Shown: positions 50,484 through 59,754, counted from the first letter of the stretch. The stretch: DNA of 64,000 bases from an uncultured Planctomycetota bacterium (GCA_963845755.1 CAWJTV010000034.1:544001-608000); one strand, 5' to 3'. Made by a program: numbers and translations. The notes: generated by a model from the sequence alone, not told the origin.

Positions 50484-51917
50484 TTAGACAATCCGATGCG
50501 TCGGCCGCTCGCCTTCGTCGGGCTCGGGCTCCGACACGACCTCGAGGGGCGGCTTGTAGTAGAAGAAGGCGACCGCTAGCGCCAGGCCGAAGACCGCCGT
50601 GAGTCCCCAGCCCAGGTAAGCCATGTACTGGGTGCGGACGAGCTGAGTCTGGAGCTCCAGCGTGGCCTTGCCCAGATCGGACTCGCTCAAGGGCGCGAGC
50701 TGGTCGAGCCGATGCTGCCGCCGATCGTTCGATTCCTGGAGGCTGGCGATCTGCTCGCGGAGCTTGGGTGCCTCCTTCGCCTCGGACTCGTTTTTTTCGA
50801 GGTCCTTCTTCGCCGATGCGAGCTGGCCGTCGAGATCGATCAGACGCTTCTCGAGGTCCCTGGCCTGGCCGCCCAGCCGCTCGGTGATCGACCGCTGGAG
50901 CGTGACCTGTCGCTGGGCCTCGTCGCGTTCTCGGGCCGTCTTGTTGTAGCGATCGAGGAACTCTTCCGGCTTGTCGCTACCAACCTTCTGGACCAACGTA
51001 TCCATCGCCAGCCGCTGGTTTTCGCCGAGGTCCTGGACTGCGCGAGCCAGGGCCAGGAAGGACTCGTTCTGGTCCTGGATCCGCGTCTGGAGCTGGTAGA
51101 GCCACATGGCCAGGGCCACGGCCAGCACGCCCAGGAACGTGCCGAGCATGCCGAAGACCGCGGCGATCTGGACCTTCTCAGCCGGTGAGGTCACGGGAAA
51201 ATGTGCAGGTCGGGTGAGCATCTTGAGGAGCTCCGCCTCGAGGCGGGGTGAGATCATGCCACCCCCGCCGCCTTCGGGATTTGGTAGTTTTTCCAGGTCG
51301 TTGACCAGTCGCGCCAGGGCGATCCGCTCGCCGCGGTCGGCCGTCAGGAAATAGCCGCCGACCTGAACCAAGCCGCCGTCGCGCCACTGGAAGAACCCGC
51401 GCGACTGGTTGATCGGGTCGACCACGTAGGCCACCTGGAGCGGCTGGGCGAAAAAATTCTGGTGGATGAACAGGTCGTGGTGCGAGAGGAAGATGCCGAA
51501 GCTCGGGTGGGTGTGATACCAGCCGACGATATCGCAATCCGGGTGGAGCCGGTCGCGCTCGCGGGTGATCTCCTCCCAGGAATCGTGCGTATAAGTGAAG
51601 CTCGCCTGGGTGTTGGCGTAATGCTTGGCCTCGAGCGACTGGGTGACCCAGACGAACGGCAGACCCGTGGCCGAGTCGAGGCACTCCTTGCCCAGCAGGA
51701 TTCCGCCGAGCTCGACGGACGTATCGCTGAGTGCGTGGCGTTCGATGGCGTCGGCGGTCCGCCGGTCGAGGAAAATCGGCAGGTCGATCGGGCCCGGGAC
51801 CTCGTAGGCCAGGCATGTGATTTTCCGGTCCCGGTCGGGGCGTTGCCGGCGCTCCGGCTCGCGGACCTTCATCTCATCGAAGACGATGTCATCCCCGCTC
51901 AACGGCTGAGTCCCCAT
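50484..51917 (-). CDS. JAB/MPN+ (JAMM) isopeptidase with two TM helices flanking a coiled coil
   Basis: VELGGILLG and VGWYHTHPSFGIFLSHHD (E...HxHx7Sx2D); TM IAAVFGMLGTFLGVLAVALAMWLY; long coiled coil; C-terminal TM YLGWGLTAVFGLALAVAFFYY. Confidence 0.9.
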   Translation of the reverse strand: MGTQPLSGDDIVFDEMKVREPERRQRPDRDRKITCLAYEVPGPIDLPIFLDRRTADAIERHALSDTSVELGGILLGKECLDSATGLPFVWVTQSLEAKHYANTQASFTYTHDSWEEITRERDRLHPDCDIVGWYHTHPSFGIFLSHHDLFIHQNFFAQPLQVAYVVDPINQSRGFFQWRDGGLVQVGGYFLTADRGERIALARLVNDLEKLPNPEGGGGGMISPRLEAELLKMLTRPAHFPVTSPAEKVQIAAVFGMLGTFLGVLAVALAMWLYQLQTRIQDQNESFLALARAVQDLGENQRLAMDTLVQKVGSDKPEEFLDRYNKTARERDEAQRQVTLQRSITERLGGQARDLEKRLIDLDGQLASAKKDLEKNESEAKEAPKLREQIASLQESNDRRQHRLDQLAPLSESDLGKATLELQTQLVRTQYMAYLGWGLTAVFGLALAVAFFYYKPPLEVVSEPEPDEGERPTHRIV

Positions 51918-53169
51918 GCCCGGTCCGATTCCCAACACCCCGGTCGCCGGCCAGAAGGAAGAACCCGGAGCTGGCTGGGCCGTCAACGCGCACGATATCG
52001 TAAGGCGGGATGCCGACGCGGGAAAGCGGTTCCTCCGCCAGGCGCGAGGAATCCTCCACCGTGCTGGCGAACTCCGGGAGGGCCGGCTTGCCACAGCTCG
52101 CGCACACGGCCTCGCTGGCGCGGACCTTGACCCGGGGCCTCATCACCCCACCACGCCAGGCGCACCGCGGACACTCGATCGCCACCACCAGCTCGCGGTC
52201 GAGGACCAGGTGCAGCGGACCGTCCAGGTGCTCCCCGGCCGCCTTCAGCAGTTCCGACACCGATGACTCATGTCCCAGCGCCAGCTCGACCGGCTCCGGA
52301 TAAGTCTCGTGGCTCAGGCAATCGTCGCGTCGCGGCAAGCGGGTGGAATAGAACTGGTTCGCCACGCCGTTGAAGACCAGGGCGCTGCCCGCCGCCACGG
52401 GGAGCCCGTGAAGCAGCTTCAACGCCTCCTGAACCTGGAGCGCGGCCATCATCGACGCGATCGTGGGCGCCGTCGGCACCTTGCCTCCCACGATCTCCTC
52501 GCGGCGAAGCAACGGACAGTTATAGCGAAGGTTCAGGAGTTGATAGTCGCGCTCCGTCATGGCGCATTCATAGCAGGCCGAATCGGGCGGGACGAAGACC
52601 TTGACGACCCCCTGGATCTCCTGGATGCCTGCGTCGATCCAGGGCGTACTCACCTTCCAGCACTGCCGGTTCACCCACAGCCGAGCTTCCCGGTTGTCCA
52701 GGCAGCCGATGACCAGGTCGACCTCCGCGAACAGGCCCAGGCCCACGTCGGTGATCACGTCGCCGTGAATCGGAATCAGCGTGATCTCGGGATTCAGCTC
52801 GCGCGTCCGCCGGGCGGCCACCTCCGCCTTGGACTGGCCGCCGTCCTCCGACCGGAACAAGACCGACCGCGACAGATTCGACGGCTCGACTTCATCCAGG
52901 TCGATCACGAAGATCGTACCCAGGCCCACCAGCGCCAGGTTCTTCAGGACCTCGTTGCCCAGGGCACCCGCGCCGACGACCAGCACCCGCGCATCACGCA
53001 GTCGCTCTTGCCGCCACCACGAGATCAATCGCAACCGGTTGTAGCGATCCAGGTCGTCGATGACCAGGGATTCCGGATCGGAATTCTTGCGATCGATGAG
53101 AACCTCCGGCGCGGTTGGCCGATCGGGCTCATTCGGCCCGTCGCGAAGCGTCTGAGGTGGTTCATCCAT
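51889..53169 (-). CDS. E1-like ubiquitin-activating enzyme (ThiF/MoeB family) with C-terminal extension
   Basis: VGAGALGNEVLKNLAL, DLDEVEPSNLSRSVLFR, CLDNREARLWVNR, ACYEC, candidate thioester Cys in RYNCPLL, CLSH, and an extra CPRC...CASC domain. Confidence 0.92.
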   Translation of the reverse strand: MDEPPQTLRDGPNEPDRPTAPEVLIDRKNSDPESLVIDDLDRYNRLRLISWWRQERLRDARVLVVGAGALGNEVLKNLALVGLGTIFVIDLDEVEPSNLSRSVLFRSEDGGQSKAEVAARRTRELNPEITLIPIHGDVITDVGLGLFAEVDLVIGCLDNREARLWVNRQCWKVSTPWIDAGIQEIQGVVKVFVPPDSACYECAMTERDYQLLNLRYNCPLLRREEIVGGKVPTAPTIASMMAALQVQEALKLLHGLPVAAGSALVFNGVANQFYSTRLPRRDDCLSHETYPEPVELALGHESSVSELLKAAGEHLDGPLHLVLDRELVVAIECPRCAWRGGVMRPRVKVRASEAVCASCGKPALPEFASTVEDSSRLAEEPLSRVGIPPYDIVRVDGPASSGFFLLAGDRGVGNRTGHGDSAVERG

Positions 53170-53295
53170 CGTTGCGATCCGCTTCCGCGTAGGGTGCGTG
53201 AAACCCACCAAGAAGTGGCCCGATCGGGGTGTGTTTTACCCACCCTATCAAGGGCCGGACGTCGTTCTCGGACCGTTCCTGCGCCGTGTTGGAAC

Positions 53296-54180
53296 TCAAT
53301 CGATAAAGACGATTTCGTCGCTCGGCGGTCGCGTCGCCTGGGGCGGTGGCTCCGGCTGCGACGCGGCGGCGGTCTCCACGATCAAGACTTCGTCCTCACG
53401 TCCGACATCACCACGAGACGGAGCGGAGGCGGCCTCGGCGGTCACCAGGGCTTGTAACTCGGGATTTGAGGGGAGGATCCTGTTGAGGAGGTCTTCGGCT
53501 TCCTCGCGACGACGCGTTGACGCCGGCTCATCGTTGGTGCCAAAGACCTTGCCGTATCGCGCGACGAACTTGCGTACCCGCTCGACCGGCCTGTTCGGTT
53601 CGGCGGCGGCCCGGGACGTCGTGGCCCCGGACGATCCGTTGCCTCGGGCCGAGGGTGCATCCGTCTTCCCGCCTGACGACTCTCCCAATCGCCCCAGCGC
53701 CGCCCGAAGATCCCGGAGTGAGCGTTGATCGGTCGGGAACAGGATCGCCGTCTGGTTGGCGACCCAAAGCGCGGCATCGCGGTTATACGGGCTCCGGATG
53801 TCGTAATTGTGGTAGCGCAGCATGTCCCAGAGCATGATGCACAGCTCATCGAGCTGGATACTGGGCACCCAGTGCGTTCCGTAGCCCCCCAGGCAAACCA
53901 TGCCGATTTCCGAGATATTCGGATGGTAGATTGGGGTCAGCCAGCGGAGCTCGGGCATCGTCCGGGGATAGGAGGAGCCCAACTTGACCTCAACATGGTG
54001 CTTCTCCAGGGACTTGATCTTGCCGTGGTCGCGCCATAACCCTCGACCCTGGAAAAGGATCCGATAATATTGCGGCGGTTCTCCCTGGGTGGTGAAGCGG
54101 AAGACCGAGCTCTCCGAGCGGAGCCGCTCCAGCGCCGCGAGGTCATTGCGGAGCCGTCGCATGCGAGGGGATTCGTACAT
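53296..54180 (-). CDS. E2 ubiquitin-conjugating enzyme (UBC fold) with a disordered C-terminal tail
   Basis: RMRRLRND, YPRTMPELRWLTPIYHPNISEIGMVCLG..W.PS, closely matching the E2 signature YP..PP...F.T.I.HPN....G.ICL...W.P; SPYNRDAA. Confidence 0.9.
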   Translation of the reverse strand: MYESPRMRRLRNDLAALERLRSESSVFRFTTQGEPPQYYRILFQGRGLWRDHGKIKSLEKHHVEVKLGSSYPRTMPELRWLTPIYHPNISEIGMVCLGGYGTHWVPSIQLDELCIMLWDMLRYHNYDIRSPYNRDAALWVANQTAILFPTDQRSLRDLRAALGRLGESSGGKTDAPSARGNGSSGATTSRAAAEPNRPVERVRKFVARYGKVFGTNDEPASTRRREEAEDLLNRILPSNPELQALVTAEAASAPSRGDVGREDEVLIVETAAASQPEPPPQATRPPSDEIVFID

Positions 54181-54319
54181 GATCGTGCGGCGCCCTGGAA
54201 AGGAGCGAGGGCCTATTGGTGCAAATGGTCCGGAGCTGCCGAGCGGAATGGTTCGTGATCGCGCAACGCCACGGTCGAGAAACCTCGCCCGGGCGCCGCG
54301 ATCTCCGTGAACCGCCCCC

Positions 54320-54619
54320 TCAAATCGAGCCGGCCACAACCTCGGGATAAACGATCAGATGGTCGCCGTTCTGGATCCCGCCCTCCACCAGTGTCCAGCT
54401 CTCGAGCAATCGACGGCCCCCTTCTTTGTGGTCCAGGGCGTAGCTCATCGGCTGTCCGTCGGGACTGGTCGCGGGTAGATTCATCTTGGTGATGATGTTC
54501 GGGATGATCCGGCTTACAGGCACGCTGAAGGCGATGACCGCCTTGACCGATTTGGCTCCAGTCTGATCCAGGAAGGTGACCTGGATACCACTGGGATCGG
54601 CATTTCCGCCGTATGACAT
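54320..54619 (-). CDS. ubiquitin-like (beta-grasp, YukD/EsaB-like) modifier
   Basis: 99 aa; IQVTFLDQTGAKSVKAVI..VPVSRIIPNIITKMNLP...YAL....GRRL...TLVEGGIQNGDHLIVYPEVVAG-SI resembles the Ub TL.dygI..gd.L.L pattern; GAGGAGG RBS; first gene of the E2/E1/JAB run. Confidence 0.85.
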   Translation of the reverse strand: MSYGGNADPSGIQVTFLDQTGAKSVKAVIAFSVPVSRIIPNIITKMNLPATSPDGQPMSYALDHKEGGRRLLESWTLVEGGIQNGDHLIVYPEVVAGSI

Positions 54620-55008
54620 GGTCAGGATACCTCCTCAGCATACCATTCGGGCGTCATCCCGAAATATTGGGGACATGCCGCCCCGTTTTGGGGTATTCCA
54701 GGTGATCCGGCGCCCTGGTCGCAATACCCTAGACAACAGGATAACGCGATTGCCGCCCGCGCGAAACAGGTTGTTCGCCGATTTCTCGCGCCGCGCCGCC
54801 TCCCGGCATCGTGGTCACGGTCCCGAGGGCGTTCGAAAAGCCGCGGAGGGGCGATCCAACTCATGGCCGTGCCTTGAGTTGGATCGCCCCTCCGGAGCGA
54901 CACCGTGCGAGATGAAACGAAGGGACGAAGCCGGCTTTGATGCTTCGTTCCTCACCACCTGACCACGATCGAAAGCATTGCGAGCCTCGCCGCAACCGTT
55001 CGACCTGA

Positions 55009-55188
55009 TCAGGTGACCGTTCGGAACAGGGTCATGCTCAGCACCCCGATGACCGCGAAGACCACCAGGAACACGAAGAACAACACCTTGGCGATATCCT
55101 CAAACCCGCTAGCCAGGCCACCGAACCCGAGCACAGCCGCGATGCCGGCGAACACGAGGAAGATGAGGGCCCACTTGAGCAACGACAT
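55009..55188 (-). CDS. DUF1328 (YtjA/UPF0391-like) small membrane protein
   Basis: Manual translation [59 protein letters not shown] (59 aa, below the ORF-track cutoff); GGAGG RBS. Confidence 0.85.
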   Translation of the reverse strand: MSLLKWALIFLVFAGIAAVLGFGGLASGFEDIAKVLFFVFLVVFAVIGVLSMTLFRTVT

Positions 55189-55361
55189 GGTAATCCTCCA
55201 TCTCGATCGAAGACCGAGGGGTTGTTGGAACTCTTAAGAACCGAGCGTCTTTCAGCCAGGCCGTGGGTCAGCCGGCTCCTGATTCCATCAGAAGTGCAAT
55301 TTCAGTGCCGCTTCGCACCGAGAACCATGCGGTGTGGCCGGATCGAGAACCCCGACGGCTG

Positions 55362-55482
55362 AGAGTCTGTCCCAGAAGGGCGAGCGGGGGCGTCAGTCCC
55401 CTGTCCGGTGAGCGACGGACCTCCAAGACAGGGGGCTGACGCCCCCCGCTCGCCCGGACCGGCCTCGTCTGGGACAGACTCT
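55362..55482. mobile_element. 121-bp MITE/REP-like palindromic element
   Basis: Perfect 15-bp terminal inverted repeats agagtctgtcccaga / tctgggacagactct enclosing a second near-perfect inverted repeat of about 28 bp (55378-55405 / 55427-55455). Confidence 0.65.
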
Positions 55483-55777
55483 TCACCGAGCGACTTGGCC
55501 ACGGAGAATGAGAATCTCCGATCTTCCGCCGAACCGAGCCGGGTCGGCAAGCGGGGCACGGCCGTGATCCCGGCTGCCCTCGGGCGACGCGACAACCTTC
55601 CGGACCCTGACCTGTGGACCGGGACTTCCTCGACGCCAACATCTTGCGATCGGACGCCTGGCGGTCGGGTGCAGCCCTCCAACGGCTCTGGCGCCTGGAA
55701 GGCGTGGACGACCGAGGTGGGCGTGTTCACGCCTCACACGCCCCGGCGTCGATCACCGGCTCCTCGTCGATTCCGAA

Positions 55778-56221
55778 TTAGCGGGTCCCAGCCGCCGTGT
55801 TCGCGGCGTTCCGTGTTGGGGCCGCATAGACCGCGGGATAGCCGAAACCCATCGGCGGAGGGCCGTAAGGATTGGCGTAGTAGGGACAAAGATCTTCCTT
55901 CCCGAGGACGTCGGAGCACCAGTTCCGCAGGGAGAGCTGTCTGAGGACATAGCCATGGGGATGATGATGGCCCATCCCATGGCCGCGCGTATAGGGATAG
56001 CCCAACCCGAGATCGTAAGAGTCAAGCCCGGAACCCCCATGCCCCGGAACGAGATAAGCGGCACCGCCCGTAGGCGTGCCGTAAGCGCCGTAGACGGCAC
56101 CGCTGTCCTGTGCTCTGGCCGAAGATCCCGCGAGGACATAGAGCCCCAATCCCAGGGCGATCGCCCTCGAAGGCAATCGACCAACGATCCGCGCCAGCGA
56201 AATCATGACTATTGTCCTCAC
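55778..56221 (-). CDS. small exported Gly/Tyr/Pro-rich protein
   Basis: Signal peptide ending SSARA-QD followed by low-complexity G/Y/P/H sequence. Confidence 0.5.
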   Translation of the reverse strand: MRTIVMISLARIVGRLPSRAIALGLGLYVLAGSSARAQDSGAVYGAYGTPTGGAAYLVPGHGGSGLDSYDLGLGYPYTRGHGMGHHHPHGYVLRQLSLRNWCSDVLGKEDLCPYYANPYGPPPMGFGYPAVYAAPTRNAANTAAGTR

Positions 56222-56448
56222 GTGAAATCATTATCACTTCGTCGATTTGCTGAGAGCTGCACCGGAAGGTTCGTCGGGTGAGGCTTGCGGGTTGCCCGGT
56301 CTTCCGCGTCAATTATACAACGGATTTCGGGCCAACTCGGCGTTGAGTGGCTCGTCTTGCTCGTCGTTCGGTTTATCGCGACGATGCGGATTCCACCGAT
56401 CTTGACAGTTCAACCGGACGCGATGATCTCCCTGGCGCCCGGCGGCAC

Positions 56449-57484
56449 TCAGTCATCGACGTGGGTAAGCTCAACGGCCTGCAACCAATAGAGTTGGAGA
56501 CCGAACCACAGATTGTAGTCGTCGATCCTCGCACCGCAGGAGAGGACGACCGAACCGTTGGGTTGACGTTCGATCTTGAGTTGGTCACGCAAAGCCTGCT
56601 TACCAAATTGGGCCTCCGGAAGCCATTCCTCCTTGAGCTTGTCGATATTCACATCAGTACCCGTCTTGGGAGTGTAGACGACACGGAACTCGTCGCGCAG
56701 GAATGAGGCGGTCGCCCCGACAGCGTGGACTTTCTCCTGGGCCTTGGGAACGTGCCGGAGCATCCACGCCGGGGCGTCGAAGTCAACCTGTTTCCATTCG
56801 GGCAAGTTATCAGGGAGAGCACGAGCCTGGGGAGCCTCATCCACCCGCCGGAGCACCGATTCGAGATAGCGATCGCTGCTCGCGCAGAGCACCGTGTTGG
56901 GCTTGAGCAGGACGTAGTACGTTCCCTGCCACTTGGTCTGAATGAACCCAGACTCCATGACCGTCGTTGAAGGAAATACGAAGACTTCGCGACCGACCAG
57001 GGTCCTCACGGCCCTGGCTCCTTTGCGGAGACTTTCCGTCCATTCCTTGGCCACATTGCCGAGGTCTTTCTCGAAGACGATGATCGCGCAACTTTCACTG
57101 CGGCAGACTGCCGAAACTGCTGACACTCTCGAAGTTCCTGGCGCCGTTGACGATGCATTCGATCTTGCGGCTCCGCAGGGGCTTCGAATACTTCCCGTCG
57201 TCCAGATACAGATCACCGGTCGCCAAGCCCACCCCGATATCCTGCCACCGAACCTTCTCGGGTCCGTCCGGATTGCGATCCGGCAGGGTCACGGAACGGG
57301 CCACGAATAGGGTTTCGGTGTCTTCCGGAAGCCATCGCAATACGCGTTCGACACTCGGAGGCAGCCGTCTGGGCGGATCGTCTTTCGCGAACAGATAGTG
57401 CGGGGCCAGGCACAGGAGCGCCAGGGCAAGTAGCAGCCGGCAGGGAAGTCTCAACGGTTCGCCTTGATGGGGAGCAACTCGCAT
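56449..57484 (-). CDS. exported hypothetical protein (frameshift near 57100)
   Basis: Signal peptide LLLALALLCLAPHYLFA; RWLPEDTETLFVA...VNGARNFESVSSFGSL joins RSESCAIIVFEK... of ORF 56449-57216. Confidence 0.6.
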
Positions 57485-57653
57485 CGCGGCTCCTTCCTCC
57501 AAATCGGATCTCCGGTCTAATGAAGGCTCCCTCGAGGATACCGCACCAAAGGTTTTGTCGCGAGATTCCGCCTCTCGACAACGCGGCGCGTCTGGCCCAT
57601 ACTCGCGACAATCGCGGGCGTCCGTCCCGCATATTCTCGATCTGGGAGTCGCC

Positions 57654-58739
57654 ATGAGGATCTTTTTCGACGGCCACCTGGACCTGTCATGGAACGCGCT
57701 TTCCTGGGGCCGGGATATCACGCTCGACCTGGACGCCTTGAACGCGAGCGAGCGGGGGATGACGGATCATCCGGCGCGGGGTCGAGCGACGACCACGCTG
57801 CCAGAGATGCGCCGGGGTTCGATCGCGGCCTGTCAGGCGACCCTGCTGGCCCGGGCCCGTCCCGAGGGACGGCCGCACGACGGACCGACTCGATTGAACC
57901 TCGACTTCGCCAACCAGGAAATCGCCTCGGCGACGGCCCGCGGCCAGCTCGCCTATTACGAGTTGCTCGAGCGCCGCGGGCTGATGCGGATGATCCGGAC
58001 CGTGGGCGAGCTCGACGCCCACTGGCAGAGCTGGTCAACCGATCCGGATTCCACGCCGATCGGTTATATCCTGGCCATGGAAGGCGCCGATCCGATCGTC
58101 GATGTCGATCACGCCGCCGCCTGGTGGGAACTGGGGCTCCGCTCGGTGAACCTGGCCCACTACGGCAAGAGCCGGTACGCGGTCGGGACCGGGGGCGACG
58201 GACCGCTCACTCCGGACGGAATCCTGCTCCTGAAGGAGTTCGAACGGCTCGGCATGATACTAGACGCGACCCACCTCTCGGACACCAGCTTCTTCCAGGC
58301 GCTCGACGTCTTCAGTGGGCCGGTGCTGGCCAGTCACAACAACTGCCGGGTGCTCGTCCCCGACGGCCGGCAGTTCAGCGACGAGCAGATCCGACTGCTG
58401 ATCGACCGCGGTGCCGTCATCGGCGCGGCCCTCGACGCCTGGATGCTCGTCCCCGGCTGGATCCGGGGCCAGACCACGCGCGAAGCGGTCGGTCTCGAGG
58501 CCGTGGCCGACCACATCGATCGCGTCTGCCAGATCGCCGGTAACGCCCGTCACGCCGCCATCGGCAGCGACCTCGACGGCGGCTTCGGCACCGAGCAGGT
58601 CCCGATCGGCCTCGACCGGATTTCGGAACTCCAGAAGGTCAACGGCATCCTGTCCGATCGCGGCTATCCTTCCGAAGACATCGACGCCATCTTCCACGGC
58701 AACTGGCTCCGGTTCTTCCGGGAGCACCTTCCGCGCTGA
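57654..58739 (+). CDS. membrane dipeptidase (M19, renal dipeptidase family)
   Basis: FDGHLDL, ILAMEGAD, LDATHLSD, LASHNNCR, AIGSDLDGG, IFHGNWLRF. Confidence 0.92.
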   Translation: MRIFFDGHLDLSWNALSWGRDITLDLDALNASERGMTDHPARGRATTTLPEMRRGSIAACQATLLARARPEGRPHDGPTRLNLDFANQEIASATARGQLAYYELLERRGLMRMIRTVGELDAHWQSWSTDPDSTPIGYILAMEGADPIVDVDHAAAWWELGLRSVNLAHYGKSRYAVGTGGDGPLTPDGILLLKEFERLGMILDATHLSDTSFFQALDVFSGPVLASHNNCRVLVPDGRQFSDEQIRLLIDRGAVIGAALDAWMLVPGWIRGQTTREAVGLEAVADHIDRVCQIAGNARHAAIGSDLDGGFGTEQVPIGLDRISELQKVNGILSDRGYPSEDIDAIFHGNWLRFFREHLPR

Positions 58740-58811
58740 GCCTGGTAGCCAAGAAACCGGGGTGGTAGAATTCCGTTTAGGCTGTCAAGAGGGCGGATCG
58801 GGGAGACGGTT

Positions 58812-59339
58812 GTGGCGAAACGAGATGCGGTGGCACGGAAGCGGAGGACGAGGGAGCACATCATCGCGTCCATCAGCCGCAATTACGTGGAGAGGTTTAT
58901 TCTTGCAAAGGGCCATACTTCGGAGCGTCGGGTCAACGACTATGGTATCGACCTTAACGTGGGAACTTTCGATGAGGATGGATACCCCGAAGGTGGGTTA
59001 GTACTGATCCAGCTCAAGGCTACCGACCAGCTCGTAAGGTGGAAACGCGACGAGTGTGTTTGGGTCAACATCGAGGTGGGGCATTATTTGGGGTGGATTG
59101 ATGAGCCGATGCCGGTCTTCCTGATCCTCTACGATGCCCAACAAGAAAGCGCGTATTGGGTCCACATCCAGGATTACTTCGCGGCGGATCCTTCACAGAG
59201 ACCGAAGCGAGGCGCCAAGACACTCAGGATGTACATCCCGCTGGCCAACGAGTTCACGGGCGATACTGTTGATTACATGAGGGCCAAGAAAGCTGAGATC
59301 CTGGCCAAGGATCGACGAAGGAGGAGACGCCGTGGTTAA
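58812..59339 (+). CDS. DUF4365-like PD-(D/E)xK-fold protein, copy 1
   Basis: DYGIDLNV...IQLKATD...MPVFLILYDA...AYW. Confidence 0.78.
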   Translation: MAKRDAVARKRRTREHIIASISRNYVERFILAKGHTSERRVNDYGIDLNVGTFDEDGYPEGGLVLIQLKATDQLVRWKRDECVWVNIEVGHYLGWIDEPMPVFLILYDAQQESAYWVHIQDYFAADPSQRPKRGAKTLRMYIPLANEFTGDTVDYMRAKKAEILAKDRRRRRRRG

Positions 59340-59754
59340 GAACGTTACCTATGGTCAGCTCCGGAAGGTCTTGTTGTCCCTCGGTTGCGAACCGGTTCCC
59401 TCGAAGGAGAATCACTTCGTTTTCGATCACCCGAGGAGTAATCTTCTCATCATTCTCCGACGGGGTACCGACGACCAACTCGTGCGGCCCATGGACTTGT
59501 CGAGTGTTCGGAGTCAGCTCGTAGGTCATGGTCTGATCAAGGACGATGAAGAGGCGTTTGATTCACTTTTCCTGATCCGGAAAGGCGACCGCCTGATCTG
59601 GACCGACCCGAAGACCGGGAAGGAAGCGAAGGTCACGGCAGCGGCCGGAGAAAGCGATGGGTTAGTGGTCGTCAAGGAGAATGGTCGGCTGGTGCCATGT
59701 CCGGTCGATCAGGTGAAGCGGGTCAATCGCGCTGCGACGGCCAGCAGGAAGTGA
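59332..59754 (+). CDS. HicA-like (dsRBD-fold) N-terminal domain plus small beta-rich C-terminal domain, copy 1
   Basis: TYGQLRKVLLSLGCEPVPSKENHFVFDHP resembles the HicA pattern; 8-bp overlap with the upstream gene. Confidence 0.55.
   Translation: MVKNVTYGQLRKVLLSLGCEPVPSKENHFVFDHPRSNLLIILRRGTDDQLVRPMDLSSVRSQLVGHGLIKDDEEAFDSLFLIRKGDRLIWTDPKTGKEAKVTAAAGESDGLVVVKENGRLVPCPVDQVKRVNRAATASRK

Noticed and set aside
54181..54339. Ubl-E2 fusion or extended E2 N-terminus
   Set aside because: The frames differ, the Ubl ends sensibly just after AG, and E2 similarity starts at MYESPRMRRL; an indel cannot be fully excluded without reads.
50484..54619. Thiamine/molybdopterin/cysteine sulfur-carrier operon, or CBASS
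   Set aside because: A stand-alone E2 is present; no ThiG, MoaE, cysteine synthase or rhodanese domain is seen; there is no CD-NTase or effector gene nearby.
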